A DNA stretch of 59,586 nt, the filler included, from Sphacelaria rigidula (Eukaryota), in NCBI GenBank assembly GCA_964200075.2. It is 8 parts of 8 records of this genome, joined end to end, with 100 filler letters (N's around TTAATTAATTAA, not from the genome) between each part and the next. Parts side by side here need not be neighbours in the genome. Positions count along the whole stretch, not along the records: positions 1 to 7,361 come from CAXNAA020015255.1; positions 7,462 to 14,822 come from CAXNAA020015256.1; 6 more parts are not named here. One strand, written 5' to 3'. Shown here piece by piece: positions 1 through 11,310 of this stretch; position 1 is the stretch's first letter; each line of letters starts with the position of its first letter. Both the position numbers and the translations under genes were made by a program. The notes beneath the pieces are model-generated. The model was not told where the DNA came from and did no database searches. It worked only from the letters and a program-made list of their open reading frames with translations.

Positions 1-754
1 TGTACTTTTTCCAAGTGAATATTGATGCCGATTCAGCAGGTGACCTACTCTCGCGGTCTGACGGTCAAGTCGTCCTGCGGAGTTTGGGGGGGCAAGATAC
101 TTTCGCTCTGTGTTACTCTTTCGTGTCTTCCCTGCAATAGAGAAATGCGACTTCAGCCCCATTTCAGTGTTGAGCCCCAAAATTTAAAGTCGGCTGTTTA
201 TATTCTATAAACAGATTATAATACACATGAATTGATGATCCGATACGAATCCAGCCGCGTTCGCAGGGCGGATATAATGAAGGTAGAAAAAGATCCTGAC
301 TCATTGTGCCAATAATAAAGACAAAAACTTACACAAATAAGCCGTTCGAACAAAGACGGACGGCAGAAAAACAGAAAAACAAAACAACCCCAACATAAGA
401 AAACAAAACAAAATCAACAAAATAGAAAACAAAACTGCACAACAGCAGCGGAGGCACCGAATTTGTCCACGAGGTCACAAGCTCATGTCACCCTTCGCAT
501 CTTTTCAAGGGCACAAGGTCTCTGATTACTTCGTAGTCAATATTTCCATACTGGTGACACCAATAAGTAAAACGGCACAAGGCAACTCACAATAATGCAT
601 ACTATGGTTGGGTGTGGTGTGGCGGTGCTGGCTGTCATGGCGCTGAACTTGCGCTTACATCGCGTGCGTAGTATGATGACCTATGCAAACTCTTTTTTAA
701 CCCATCTATCATATCATTCGAGTATCACATATGCTAATCTCAGACTAATTGTGG

Positions 755-971
755 TACACGTTGAGCGTGTGACGGTCGTGACGTTCATTCGGACGTCACA
801 AACGTATAATAATGTGACGTGTAACGTATTTTGTGACGTGTAACGTATTTTATGACGTACTGAAAAATTGAACGTTACGTCATGCCATATTTTTTCACCG
901 GTACGTTACGTTACGTCACATTTGTGACGTATTCGAGAAACATACGACGTGTAACGTAAGTGTAACGTGTA
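755..971. mobile_element. ACGT-rich MITE-like element
   Basis: TA-CACGTT...AACGTG-TA ends; internal direct and inverted GTGACGT/GTAACGT motifs. Confidence 0.45.
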
Positions 972-1005
972 CGAGCTGGGCCAGCCTAAAAACGGATTTA
1001 ACCCT
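972..1005 (+). mobile_element. DNA transposon terminus (TA-flanked, Tc1/mariner-like)
   Basis: TA|CGAGCTGGGCCAGCCTAAAAACGGATTTAA; near-identical reverse complement at 7489-7518, also TA-flanked. Confidence 0.45.
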
Positions 1006-1935
1006 TTTGGAACTCACAATGGAAAATCGATGATTTGTAATTGACGATTTTTGAGCAAGATATGGTTGATGGTTCATAGCTGAGACGCCACAATTTTGGC
1101 CAAACGCGTGTTTTTCAGATCCGTACGAGTGACAAGTGGGACAAGAGAAGGTTTCCTATTTCCTTGCTGCGGTCCCTCGGCTTTTTTTTCTACACTCATG
1201 AGGACCTTGCTCGGCCACAGTGCGCGGCAGGCCTCTATGAAGCATGCTTTCGGCCTGACCTGCACGCCCTGCCCGCTGCAGTTGATACTCTTTGCAGTGT
1301 CATAGCAACAAGGGCAACGCCGATGGCACATTCGCTAAATGTATGAACTGGTGGTATGCAATCCCAGGCAGTCACCTTTCCGTGCCGCCGGGGGTGCTGC
1401 GATACTGCCCTGTACAGTACTGGATGTGTTTACAGCAGTTTGAGGTAATCTCGACTGCAGATTCACGTCATGCACAACATCGCGCTCATGCACGTTCCAA
1501 CAGCACCATCCCGCCCTTTGAAAAACGGGTAAAGGCGACGCAGACGCCATGTGCCCTGCAGTTATGCACCGTCACTGTGGTGTAGAGCTTGCCAAGTGCC
1601 GTCGCCCCAGGGGTAATACCTTACTGCTTCGTGTCATGTCTGTTTTGTATTTTGAAAATATCTCTGTAAAACGCGGGGCATGCACGCAGAACTGCGCTCT
1701 GCCAAGTACGTGCCGGCAACATCATACTTCGGGCTGACTATTACACAATGGCGTAGCGAAAGGCATAGTTACCCCACCACATCTATACCGCGGGTTGATC
1801 GTTCCCGACCGTTGCTTAGGCATACCTCATGCTGCATGAGATTCATGACGCCGGCTACCGCTATCGTCTCGTGCCGTCTACTCTCCTGGCCGACTTTTCA
1901 CGACATGCCCATATTTATCTTGCACAGAGTCTAGC

Positions 1936-2389
1936 TGTCATGGCACGATACTTACCACCTGGGTAGGAAGATGCCAGTTCAGTGGGCACCGGGGCTAGCA
2001 GGCCCAAACACAATAATTAGTATCGAAGCCATTGAGTTCGATATCACCAAGTGTAAAGTCAGCCACCGCACCAGTGGTCAGGTGTCATGCCATGAGCCGC
2101 GCAGGCTGCAGCACAACATGTGTTGCTTGAAGGTCAGGCTTACATTTGTGAAGACTAGAGAATCCTCTGAGATAGCAGTCTATGATGGCGTAGATGCTCT
2201 TGTATTATTGGCGTACAGGCTAACTTGTGCTTTGCTAGTTGAGATGCATAGTCCAAAACGCTGTGACCCAAAAGGGGCGGCCAGGTCGATTCAATCGAAC
2301 AATTTAGTATGACCCATCAGGTACCAGGCATGACAAAGTATGACAAATGGAATCCAGTCGACTGGAACATGACCAATAAATCTGTAACA
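1936..2389 (-). repeat. 3' LTR of Gypsy derivative copy 1
   Basis: Minus strand TGTTACA...ATGACA after purine tract GGCTAGGGGGA; homologous to 25829-26261. Confidence 0.65.
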
Positions 2390-3129
2390 TCCCCCTAGCC
2401 ATTTTTATATGGCTTCACACTAATTTATTGAAGGGCTGGAAGGGCCAGAACAAAACCAAAGCCTGTGCATCATACGCCTGAAAGTAAAACGAGAAAAATC
2501 TGCTAAATTACAGTACAGGGGAAAACTCGTTTCAGATCTAATAAATGGGTAAACCCTGATAAGCAGGGGAAAACTCCATCCGTTATGAAAGGGAAAAAAT
2601 CTATGACGCCCTTTCCAACGACAGAACCAGCAGACAAGTACGGTCGCTGTCGTTTTCCCGGGATCTCAGGTAGACTGGAGAACGATCGTCTAGTTAGCGT
2701 GATCGCGCGTCGACACCCTGGATCAGTTACACTGGATTCTAGGGTAGTGCGGGGCTTAAACCTCGCTAAAAACAACCTTTCCGCGAACTGATCAATAATT
2801 ACAGGAGTGCAGCTTTTGAGGGGTGCTCTTCCGTAACTACCGACACCTATTCTACTGGAAATAGAGCAGACGCGCCTTGGCTCACACATGTGCCCGTATA
2901 TCACCAAATAGGAAGCAATCGATAACAAAGCGGCACAAGAAAAAGACAAGGAACACTCGAAATTCATGACTGAAGCGTACGGTAGCAGCAATACATAGTT
3001 ACATATTCCCTTATTTCACTACTGTATTCCTCTCGCAATGATATCGTGTACCCCATCACACAACAGCCATTCGTACACGTCCATGGCTGCAGTCTATTCT
3101 TTGGCTCCTCCGTTCCAGCTTGGGGCGCT

Positions 3130-3342
3130 AAACTTCCAAGCGAGATGGCTGTTTCCAGTCTCCATCTTCGTATCGTAGTCGCCGAAAGAAATTCCCATAA
3201 TCACACACGTGGTGCTTCAACTCGGAACTGCTGTAGCCTTTCCGGGAGGTAGCACCTGTGGCAAAAGCTTCAAGGCATCACTACATGGGGAAGCGGGGTA
3301 CTTCGAGTGCGATGGCGGGGTCGAAGAAACTGTGGGGTGATA
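3130..3342 (-). pseudogene. Gypsy pol C-terminal Tudor-like remnant
   Basis: LYHP...SDALKLL...DYGNFFRRLRYEDGDWK across frameshifts; matches LYHP...RDEALRQ...YYRIKYEDGD of the pol at 17134-17346. Confidence 0.6.
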
Positions 3343-3862
3343 CAGGTGCAAGAGGCTCATGACGCAGTATGGAGCAATGGGTTGTGAGAAAATATATGAG
3401 GAACTGTGATCAAAGAAAAGGTGTGGAGACGATTGGGACGAAAGGAATGTGCCAAAAGTCCGACGGTGCGAGACAGGGAAATATCGAAATATTTTGATAT
3501 TTTTGAAGGAGTCGCACCAGGATGTACGTTATCGCCCTCTCTAACCGCGGTATTCTTTGATGACCTGATACAAGCATGAGACATGGCAAAGCAAGGGGTG
3601 AGAATGATGAAACAGCTGGAAACAGTGCAGCTGGCCGCAGCTAAGAGAATACTTTCATGCGGAATCGGTACAAATGGCAGCAAAGAAAAGAATACTTAGA
3701 TGAAATACAAATAGTAAATAAAGATGAAAACAGTATGGAGTGCAACAGCTCAGAAACTACTTGGATGAACTGAAGTTGGTGAAGGAGTCGGGGAACAGTG
3801 CAGATTACAGCAGCTAGGGGAATTACTTGGATGCTCGAAACAAATAGGTACGCCCCCCTCCC
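3343..3862 (+). pseudogene. Internally deleted LINE ORF2 fragment, antisense inside the Gypsy derivative
   Basis: VQEAHDAVWSNGL (DxxKAYD-like), EISKYFDIFEGVAPGCTLSP (QG..LSP), KQLETVQLAAAKRIL, ends in the family tail GTACGCCCCC. Confidence 0.75.
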
Positions 3863-3879
3863 TTTTTGAAATCTTTCCC

Positions 3880-4260
3880 TTTTCCCCATCCGTCAGTGCC
3901 TGCAACAACGTAGAGTTTTCGACAATCCAACATGGTGACAGATACAGGCAATGCAGTCCAACACGACACAAATTCAGGGGTCAGGTAGAATGTGGGTGTG
4001 GCGTTCCAGTTTGGTCCCCCTCAAGGTGTGACGCAAACACTTCGGGTATGAGGTGTTTCGGATGGGGTGGGCGGATATGGAAGGAACTTCTTGCTATTGA
4101 AACAGCGGTGGTACGTGTGTAATGTTTACGGCCAGTCCAGAGCTCGAAGGGGAATGTGTCAGGCGGTAGCATGGCGTCAGGTCGTCGTGTAGGGTACGAG
4201 TGCGCAAGAGTGTGCGTGAAACGTACTCTCTCTGGGGCCAAGATTTGTACAATTCTGTAA
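3880..4260 (-). pseudogene. Gypsy integrase C-terminal remnant
   Basis: ELWTG...SFHIRPPHPKHLIPEVFASH aligns by eye with DLWTG...KFHVRPEQLRHPFPDEYSQ in ORF 16396-17349. Confidence 0.6.
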
Positions 4261-4599
4261 CCTTTTCAGCAGCCGTCCCCCTAGGTTTTCGGACCCTGTG
4301 AAGCTGTAGACATAATCATGGCGAAAAATAAAATAGACAAGGCATGCTGAGTAAAAATATAATAATGAGGTACGTTGTACTAAATATACCGAGACAAAGC
4401 ACAGAAATGACAGGAAACATGCCCTCACACGCATGAGTTGTACATTGATGCTCATTGGGCAAGAGTCTAGTTCGTATGCCATATCCTAGCTGAGCCACCA
4501 TGATACGACCGGATTGTGGTGGTGAAGTCTTACTGCAGTTGTACGGCACAAGAGTTTGACAGCAAAAGGAGAGCGCGCGTTTACCTACATCGTGCAGCA

Positions 4600-5100
4600 A
4601 TACTGTTGGCTTTCCTACTTATTTAGAATATCGGTCAGCAGGGCGGCTAGAATGCTACACTCCTGGACAAACTGTCCAAGGTACCTGGTGGCTTTAGAAA
4701 CGAACGTAGTTTTTCGATTGTATGGACGTGACGTCTAAGCAATTGCGTTGCATTTGGAGGGGGCTGGTTGTATGCCGGTATTATGGATTAACAGGCTAAG
4801 GAACCTGTGAAACCCTGCAGTACAGATATATTTGGCGAACTTGGCGAATTTTACTAAACACAAAATCGTGCAATCCACCAACTTTGCCGGGGAAAGTTAG
4901 GTGAGCAACACCTCGGTCAAGAAGCTTGTGCATTTCTTTTCTGATCATGCGGCGTTCTCATGGTGTGAAGCCGCGTTGTTTTGTGGCATAGGGTGTGCAC
5001 GCGAGACAACATCCAGCAAAAAACATGGAACTCGTGCTTCGCCCTCCCCGAGGGGGTTCAGCGACCACCTCCGCGGAATGAGTGTCTAAAAACCATATGT
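4600..5100 (-). pseudogene. Gypsy RT remnants (N-terminus and thumb; core deleted)
   Basis: PYATKQRGFTP*ERRMIRKEMHKLLDRGV; thumb motif clearer in copy 2 (FLSLLIDNTGVQPAPSKLDA...HTVEE...LTGYLRQFV). Confidence 0.7.
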
Positions 5101-5140
5101 AGGGTCTGTAGGAAATGTCAAAGACACGGTATGTAGTCGC

Positions 5141-5354
5141 GCAGTCACCTTGCATGGTACGCTAGACATGAAGGGCAAAAGATAAAGCAGGGCGACTAAG
5201 TCTGCGTACTGCATAAGTAACGACAAGACATTGCACGAAAATATTTAGCAGTCACCTTGCATGGTACGCTAGACATGAAGGGCAAAAAGATAAAGCAGGG
5301 CAACTAAGTCTGCGTACTGCAAAAGTGATGACAAGACATTGCACGAAAATATTT
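5141..5354. repeat. Tandem duplication, 2 x ~107 bp
   Basis: GCAGTCACCTTGCATGGTACGCTAGAC...GAAAATATTT at 5141 and 5248. Confidence 0.9.
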
Positions 5355-5699
5355 GTGGTTGCATGGTATCGAAAGCCAAGTTTAAAGCACCTGAACAAAG
5401 TAGTATCCAACTACGGTATCAGCACGGGACAAGGTAGTAGTCAACTACGGTACAGGGTGCGTCAAGAAGTCAACCTGTTGAATAGAAAACTCATACAATC
5501 AATCACCAGAGTGGGATAAAAATGGGGATCCTATTTAGTGGCACCAAGGTAATGACCCTGCTACCAAAATGCTATAAAAAGGTACCCAGGATTAGCTAAA
5601 CCAAACCAAATTGCGGACACTCCATAAAAAGTTACCCGGTATTAGCTAAACCAAACCAAATTGCAGACACTCCACGCGGGAACATACCGTTATTGGCAA

Positions 5700-5940
5700 A
5701 CCGTTCAGTGTTTCCTGCGTGTCCTCCCCAACGCAATGACGTTTAGCGCCGGTTCCCTCATCGGGATGCGACACACCCAGGACAAGAGTGTGGGTGAAAC
5801 AAGAGCGGAAGTAATAGAGGGCGTGGTTAGTATACGTTGGAAGTCTTGGGGTACATAAAAATATGGCTCGGTTTTATACCACGTGACGCAGATCGAAATG
5901 TCGCGTGCCGGGCGGTAAATTCGGCGTTTCGGCCTTGGGA
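5700..5940 (-). pseudogene. Gypsy RT-RNase H connector / RNase H N-terminal remnant
   Basis: DFQRILTTPSITSALVSP; in copy 2 LVLDVSHTDEGAGA resembles the HTDAS.xGAGAVL RNase H motif. Confidence 0.45.
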
Positions 5941-6739
5941 ACCAGATGGATGAAACGATTACCAACGGAATCCTGCTCAAGCATGATGAGTACAGGCGGC
6001 GCAACAGACGAGGCCCTGCAGATAGCCTACATCCGCACGGTCAAAGAAAAACACAAATACAAAGTAACCAGAACATAAAATGAAAAATAGTGCAGCTCGA
6101 AAGAGCAAGACGGCGGCGGCGCAAATGATGAGACAATCAAAATGAAATACAAAATTTCCAGAACATGAAATGAAAAATAGTGCAGCTCGAAAGAGCAAGA
6201 TGACGGCGGCGCAAAATTACAAAGCACTCAAAACACAATCGAGGGGCTAAAAGACAGTTATGGGAGACGCGGCACCCGGAGATGCAAACACTATGAGTAT
6301 GTAAGATGAAAGAAAAGCAAACAAGATCGACATAAAATGGAAGCTTTACTGCATGTGCATTCCACAAATCTGCATGGTCACGATAAAAATGCAACCCCGG
6401 AAACAAAGTACATACTGATCATGGTGGGTTGTTTTGCAATAAAACTACCGGGATGTCTAGAACACGATCATTGCTGGTTAGGTACAGCGATGATATAATG
6501 GCTGACCAGATGTAAATCAGGCGAAGGTGATACAATGCACGCGACAATGACAAAACAAAAACTGTGTGATCAGATCGAAGCAAGGTTATGAAGAACATGA
6601 GAGCGGAAAATGCACGTGCACAAGACAACATGCGATGTGATAGGGAGCGAGAAAAGTACAGCCGACAGTAGGCGGTAGAGGCAAAAACACAACAAGCGGG
6701 ACAATAACAGCTAACCAGGGTAGCAGAAAGCACGGTGGA

Positions 6740-7140
6740 AACAGCAGCAGCAGCAGCAACAACATACAACATACAACAACAACAACAGCAACAGCAACGG
6801 CAACGGTAACAGTAGTAATAGGCAACAGCGACAACAGACAACAGACAACAACAACAGCAGCGGCAGCAACAGCAACAGCAACACAAAGCAGCAACAACCA
6901 ACGACACACAGCAGCTGCGCGGCAACGACGAACAACGGCACAGAAAAATAGCACAGTCGTGCGGCGAGCAGCAGCAACACACAGCGGCGGCACGGCAGCA
7001 ACGGACAGCAGCACACAACAACAGCACAGCCGTGCGGCGAGCAGCAGCAACACACAGCGGCGGCACGGCAGCGACGAACAGTAGCACACAACAACAGCGA
7101 AAACCACAACAACAGACAACAACGACGCGGCTGCACAGCT
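6740..7140. repeat. Degenerate (CAG/CAA)n low-complexity tract
   Basis: Triplet repeats with internal ~70-bp duplication; produces spurious poly-C/V/L ORFs. Confidence 0.9.
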
Positions 7141-7361
7141 TCCGCAGCTGTCTGGAGCCTGATGTCCCGAAACGCACCGACGTAATTGTAGGCCCTCTGG
7201 TTCGTTGACTCGTGCAATCTCGTTCAACCTTTATGCCCTTTATCAATTGTTTTGGCTAGGTTATTTCACTTTTGCTTTGGACGTCTGCAGTGGCGTGCTG
7301 ATGAACCATCCCGGATGAGCTCGTGCATAAAGCCGTTGGTGGCGCACTGCGTGGGTTGCAT

Positions 7362-7461
7362 NNNNNNNNNNNNNNNNNNNNNNNNNNNNNNNNNNNNNNN
7401 NNNNNTTAATTAATTAANNNNNNNNNNNNNNNNNNNNNNNNNNNNNNNNNNNNNNNNNNNN
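7362..7461. other. Artificial contig linker (44N-TTAATTAATTAA-44N)
   Basis: Identical 100-nt linker with stops in all six frames. Confidence 0.98.
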
Positions 7462-7518
7462 GTGTAGATGAGATATTGCGTTTAGAGCTTAAATCCGCTT
7501 TTGGGCTGGCCCAGCTCG
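7462..7518 (-). mobile_element. DNA transposon terminus, same family as 972-1005
   Basis: TTAAATCCGCTTTTGGGCTGGCCCAGCTCG|TA at contig start. Confidence 0.45.
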
Positions 7519-8429
7519 TAGTCATAAGACCGTGGAGGGGGGGGGTGGGCACACAATTCACATGAACCCCGCGCGCTCTCGTATTTTAGGGTCACGGGAA
7601 ATATCACCCCTGTGCGAATACAACAGACAAAAATGCCATTGAATAGTAGAGGTTACGCACCCACTCGGCTTGCCCCAGGGAGAACCCCTCAACAACCATG
7701 TATGACTGACGAGTGATGCTACGGCAGGGGTACACAAAATATTATTTGAGGTTAGAATTGTTAGGAGCCCTTTATCTCATCCAAAACACGACTTATAAAA
7801 ATATGCGAGAGTACGCCGGGATTACTATTCCAATGTGCTGGGAATATCCCGAATTTATCTGCAAACGGGGATGCCCTGACCCATATTCTTGTGCTTCTAG
7901 ATTCGTTAGGAACCCCTGAACCAGACAAAATTTCGCAAAAAAAGTGCACCCCTACCGTAGCATTGCTCTGACGCACGTCCCGAAATACGAGCTGCGAGCA
8001 TCATTAATGAAAACTGAGAAAAAGGAGTGTGAGTACGGGGGGCGGTAAAGTGTACTGTCAAACATACAGGACTGTTAACTGGCTGCTATAGCATATTGGT
8101 CAGTTCCTGTTTACTGGCGCAATTGGAGAGCTGGTCGCTTCCACTGCAAGCTGTGCATTACTAATGCCAAATACAGGTGTCATACTCCAATGTATTCGTG
8201 CGTAATGATCATGCTCCAATCGGCATGTCTAATCCAACTGTCATGCCTCACCACTTCGGGAGGTATTGACAACGCGTACGAATGCACCAAGACGCGAGGG
8301 TCACACGCAGCATCGCATTAGTATCAGAAGCTGTGGCTCATATAACAGCAGCGATTGCAGCGATATGGACACGTCCAATGAGGCAGGGACTCAAGCTGCA
8401 CGCGGTACCGCAGTAAGGGGTGCTGCAGG

Positions 8430-10080
8430 CAGCGATGATCTTGACATGGATCTCAGCAGCAAAGGTTCCGCCGAGCAAAAAGCTGCACAAAAAAAAAAAC
8501 TCGTAGACACCTCGGAGAGCGCGGGCCCTGCAAAAGTTGTATCGAGCTTCACACATTCTCTTGAATTGAGAATATTTTTCAATTACACAGTTGGCCCGGG
8601 ACTGCCCATGGTCATCGTGCGCATGTTGTGCAAAAATGCAGTAAATTCCACCGAACCGTATGGCGCTCTCGCGCTTGTATCTGGGTCGTTTCCAGACCTT
8701 GGTTAAGAAACCAGAGCGAGGGGTTGACGATGCATTTCTCATCTGTCCTTGTACGAATATTTCATATAATCCACGACTTTCTTCATACCTTCTCCCCTCC
8801 TCTTGAACCGAATACATCCTCAAATTGCTAGGACGTACAGGAAACGTCTCAGGGCGTGCTCTATCATTTATTGTTTTCGATCGAAAAAGTGCGGTGAAAA
8901 AACAAACAAACGATTTGATAGGTCCCGCCAACATCTTATCATATAACACATGACATGGACATAGATGACGACTCATCAGTTCTTTTTTTTTCCGGCACAC
9001 TTTTTTTTTATTGGAAAATAATTTTATAGCGGCGTGTTTCGGCAAATTATTTTGAGATCGAAAAGGTGCAGTGTAAAAAAGGAAACTTCCGGTATGATAG
9101 GTCGTCAATCATATCCACGCGATTTATCTTGAAATGGGGCGGCGTACCAGATCGGAATTCCACCACACTTTTTCGACCGAAAAATAAAAATAATTTGTTG
9201 AGACATGACCCATGACCCAAGACACGGCCTCAACATGATTCCGAAGAGATGTAAAACGAAAAGGTAGGATATTCTCGCCTCCACCATCTCGTACTGCCAG
9301 GCAACGCTGGGGAAGTTGCGGGGTGATTTGGTTGCCACCGAAGTCAGCCATCCAGTTAGAGATCGCCAATGCCCCATTAAGTGTCCAAGCTATTCAACTT
9401 CACCATCCTGGGAGTAGACAACTCATCAATCTTTCCTGGGATGCTCCGCCTGGATACACTTGATTTTGTACTCCACCCTTCTGGCGAAAAATACGCGCGT
9501 TCAGGCGATGCCCTCCCTGTTCAGACTCTTACGTACACCTGTACCCCGTTGACACGGATTCGGCAGCTCTGGCCTTTTGTCTAGTGCTTTCAAAGCGTAT
9601 CCTCAAAACCCGAGAACAAGAAAAAAAACAACAGCCATTTCCTGGTTTATTCTACTGACCGCCGGACGTTCCCTGAAACGGCCATCGCAGCGTTCTGCCT
9701 CCGGGTTTGAAGCACACAGGGCAAAAATTAGCTCTAGAATCGCACATGTCGCCGAGGAAAAGCGGGCTGGCGAAAGTCGGTTCCTCGATGGAGTGTTCCG
9801 AACAACCCGCCGTCCCCAGCAAGAGGAAATGACAAAAGAAACGCAGATAGAGGGGATTGGGGGGGAAACCTCGGAAGAGAGTTCTGAGTCGAAGTCACTC
9901 CGTTTCGGTGCGTGCGCGTGTCGCACGTGTAATGCACCCCGACAAACCTATGAAGAGAAGAGCGCTGCCGCTTGTGTACTGGAATAGGCAACACCATGGT
10001 GACTGTACTACAGTATGCTCCTCTTGAGTGTTATCAATAGTTGTGTCGGGTCTATCGTTACCGCCACGTACGCCGTACCG
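8430..10080 (-). pseudogene. Probable hAT transposase relic
   Basis: Motifs in hAT order across frames: YVAVTID (~10060), TCD..H (~9920), PALPGSTRW (~9290), DR*EMHRQPL (~8730), PALSEV (~8515). Confidence 0.4.
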
Positions 10081-10174
10081 TCTCGACAAGATCCGTCCGC
10101 TGCGACCAAGCTTCAGATTAGCTTCACGTGCCAGATCCAGGGTGGGTCATAGGTTGCATTGGCATAATCGTCAG

Positions 10175-10715
10175 TTGATAAATGAGAGAAAGACTCAGGT
10201 GACCAACCCTGGCGGCTGAAGGGTCCAATTTTAGAGCTGGCGGCAAGAAGAGGTGACGCTCGTCAGAGGTTTGGCGTATTCTGATTCTTGGTGATACCCA
10301 CCGACAGAGGATTGAACGCAGCGGGGGGGAAAGAGAAAACAACCCTGTATTGTATCTTACTCTACTATGCTTTCTACTTCGTCATCGTCTGCATATGCAG
10401 ACAGTCGTGGGTCATGTAACATCGGCACAATGTTCACTTGAAAAATGAGTGCGAGACCCCGACCCTGGCAGTCAAAGAGTACAGTTCTAGAGCTGGCGGC
10501 AAGAAAAGGTGACACTCTCAAGAGATTATGTGTAATCTAATCCTTGGTGATACTCGTACACAAGGGGAAGGAACGCAGCGTGGGGGTAGAGAGAAAACTA
10601 CACTGTACCGAACTCTAATGCATTCAATCTACCGTGCATTTTTGTTAGGCTTCGTCTGTCTATGCAGTCATCCCCAGGGTGGATCATCTGTTGCTTCGGC
10701 ATAGTTTTCTCTTGA
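10175..10715. repeat. Diverged tandem duplication, period ~257 bp
   Basis: TAGAGCTGGCGGCAAGAA...GGTGATAC...GAACGCAGCG at ~10232 and ~10488. Confidence 0.8.
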
Positions 10716-11089
10716 TAAACTAGTGATGTAGAAACAGTACGGCCTTAAGCAATGCAGCGAGTGAGTTTGTGTGTCATATGTGCAGGAGGCTTTCTGATGT
10801 TCTCTTCGAACTGACCGGACGGATCCTTCGCATCTCACTGGCTCGCTGGCTTTTTCCATCAGGAAGAACCGGCACGGTTTTTGAAAGTATCTTTTCACGT
10901 TTGGGCCTCGATTAGCATCTTTACCACTAGCTTAAACTGGTGAGTGTAAGTGGTTCAAATATGCCTTAACAGCTAACTGCTCAGTGGAATCAGTTCACAA
11001 CTTTATACATGACCCTTGCTTAGCACGCTTCCTCAGATGCGAACAACTACTCGACGGAGTAGCTTTTTCTTCATTTTTCTTCAGGACGT

Positions 11090-11310
11090 GTTTTTTTTTT
11101 GTCGTCCCATCTGTTATGGACATCGGTCTACACCTTCCGGTATATGTGGGCGCACCAGCCGGGGTCACACACGATGAAGGTCAACACAGGAGTTTTTTTC
11201 TTTCCTCTTGTTTGTTTCCAGTACTCCACCTGCCTCTTGCGGTGATGCCTTATTTTTTATCGCGAGTGGGGTACAGCAGTCCCTTTCTCTCGTCGACCGT
11301 TCAGTCGTTT
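11090..11310 (-). mobile_element. SINE body (headless copy of the family at 35752-35983)
   Basis: Shares CACCT.CC..TTGCGGTG.TGCCTT..TTTTTATCGCGAG...CAGTCCCTTTC...GTCGACCGTT with 35760-35840. Confidence 0.65.

Larger units (their letters stand above)
1936..6900 (-). mobile_element. Non-autonomous Ty3/Gypsy derivative (LARD-like), copy 1
   Basis: Colinear reverse complement of 22430-26261; RNase H, RT, integrase and YEDGD-domain remnants, then PPT and 3' LTR; 5' boundary uncertain. Confidence 0.75.

Noticed and set aside
6419-7246. Long Cys/Val/Leu-rich ORFs in three frames
   Set aside because: Artefact of the CAG/CAA microsatellite
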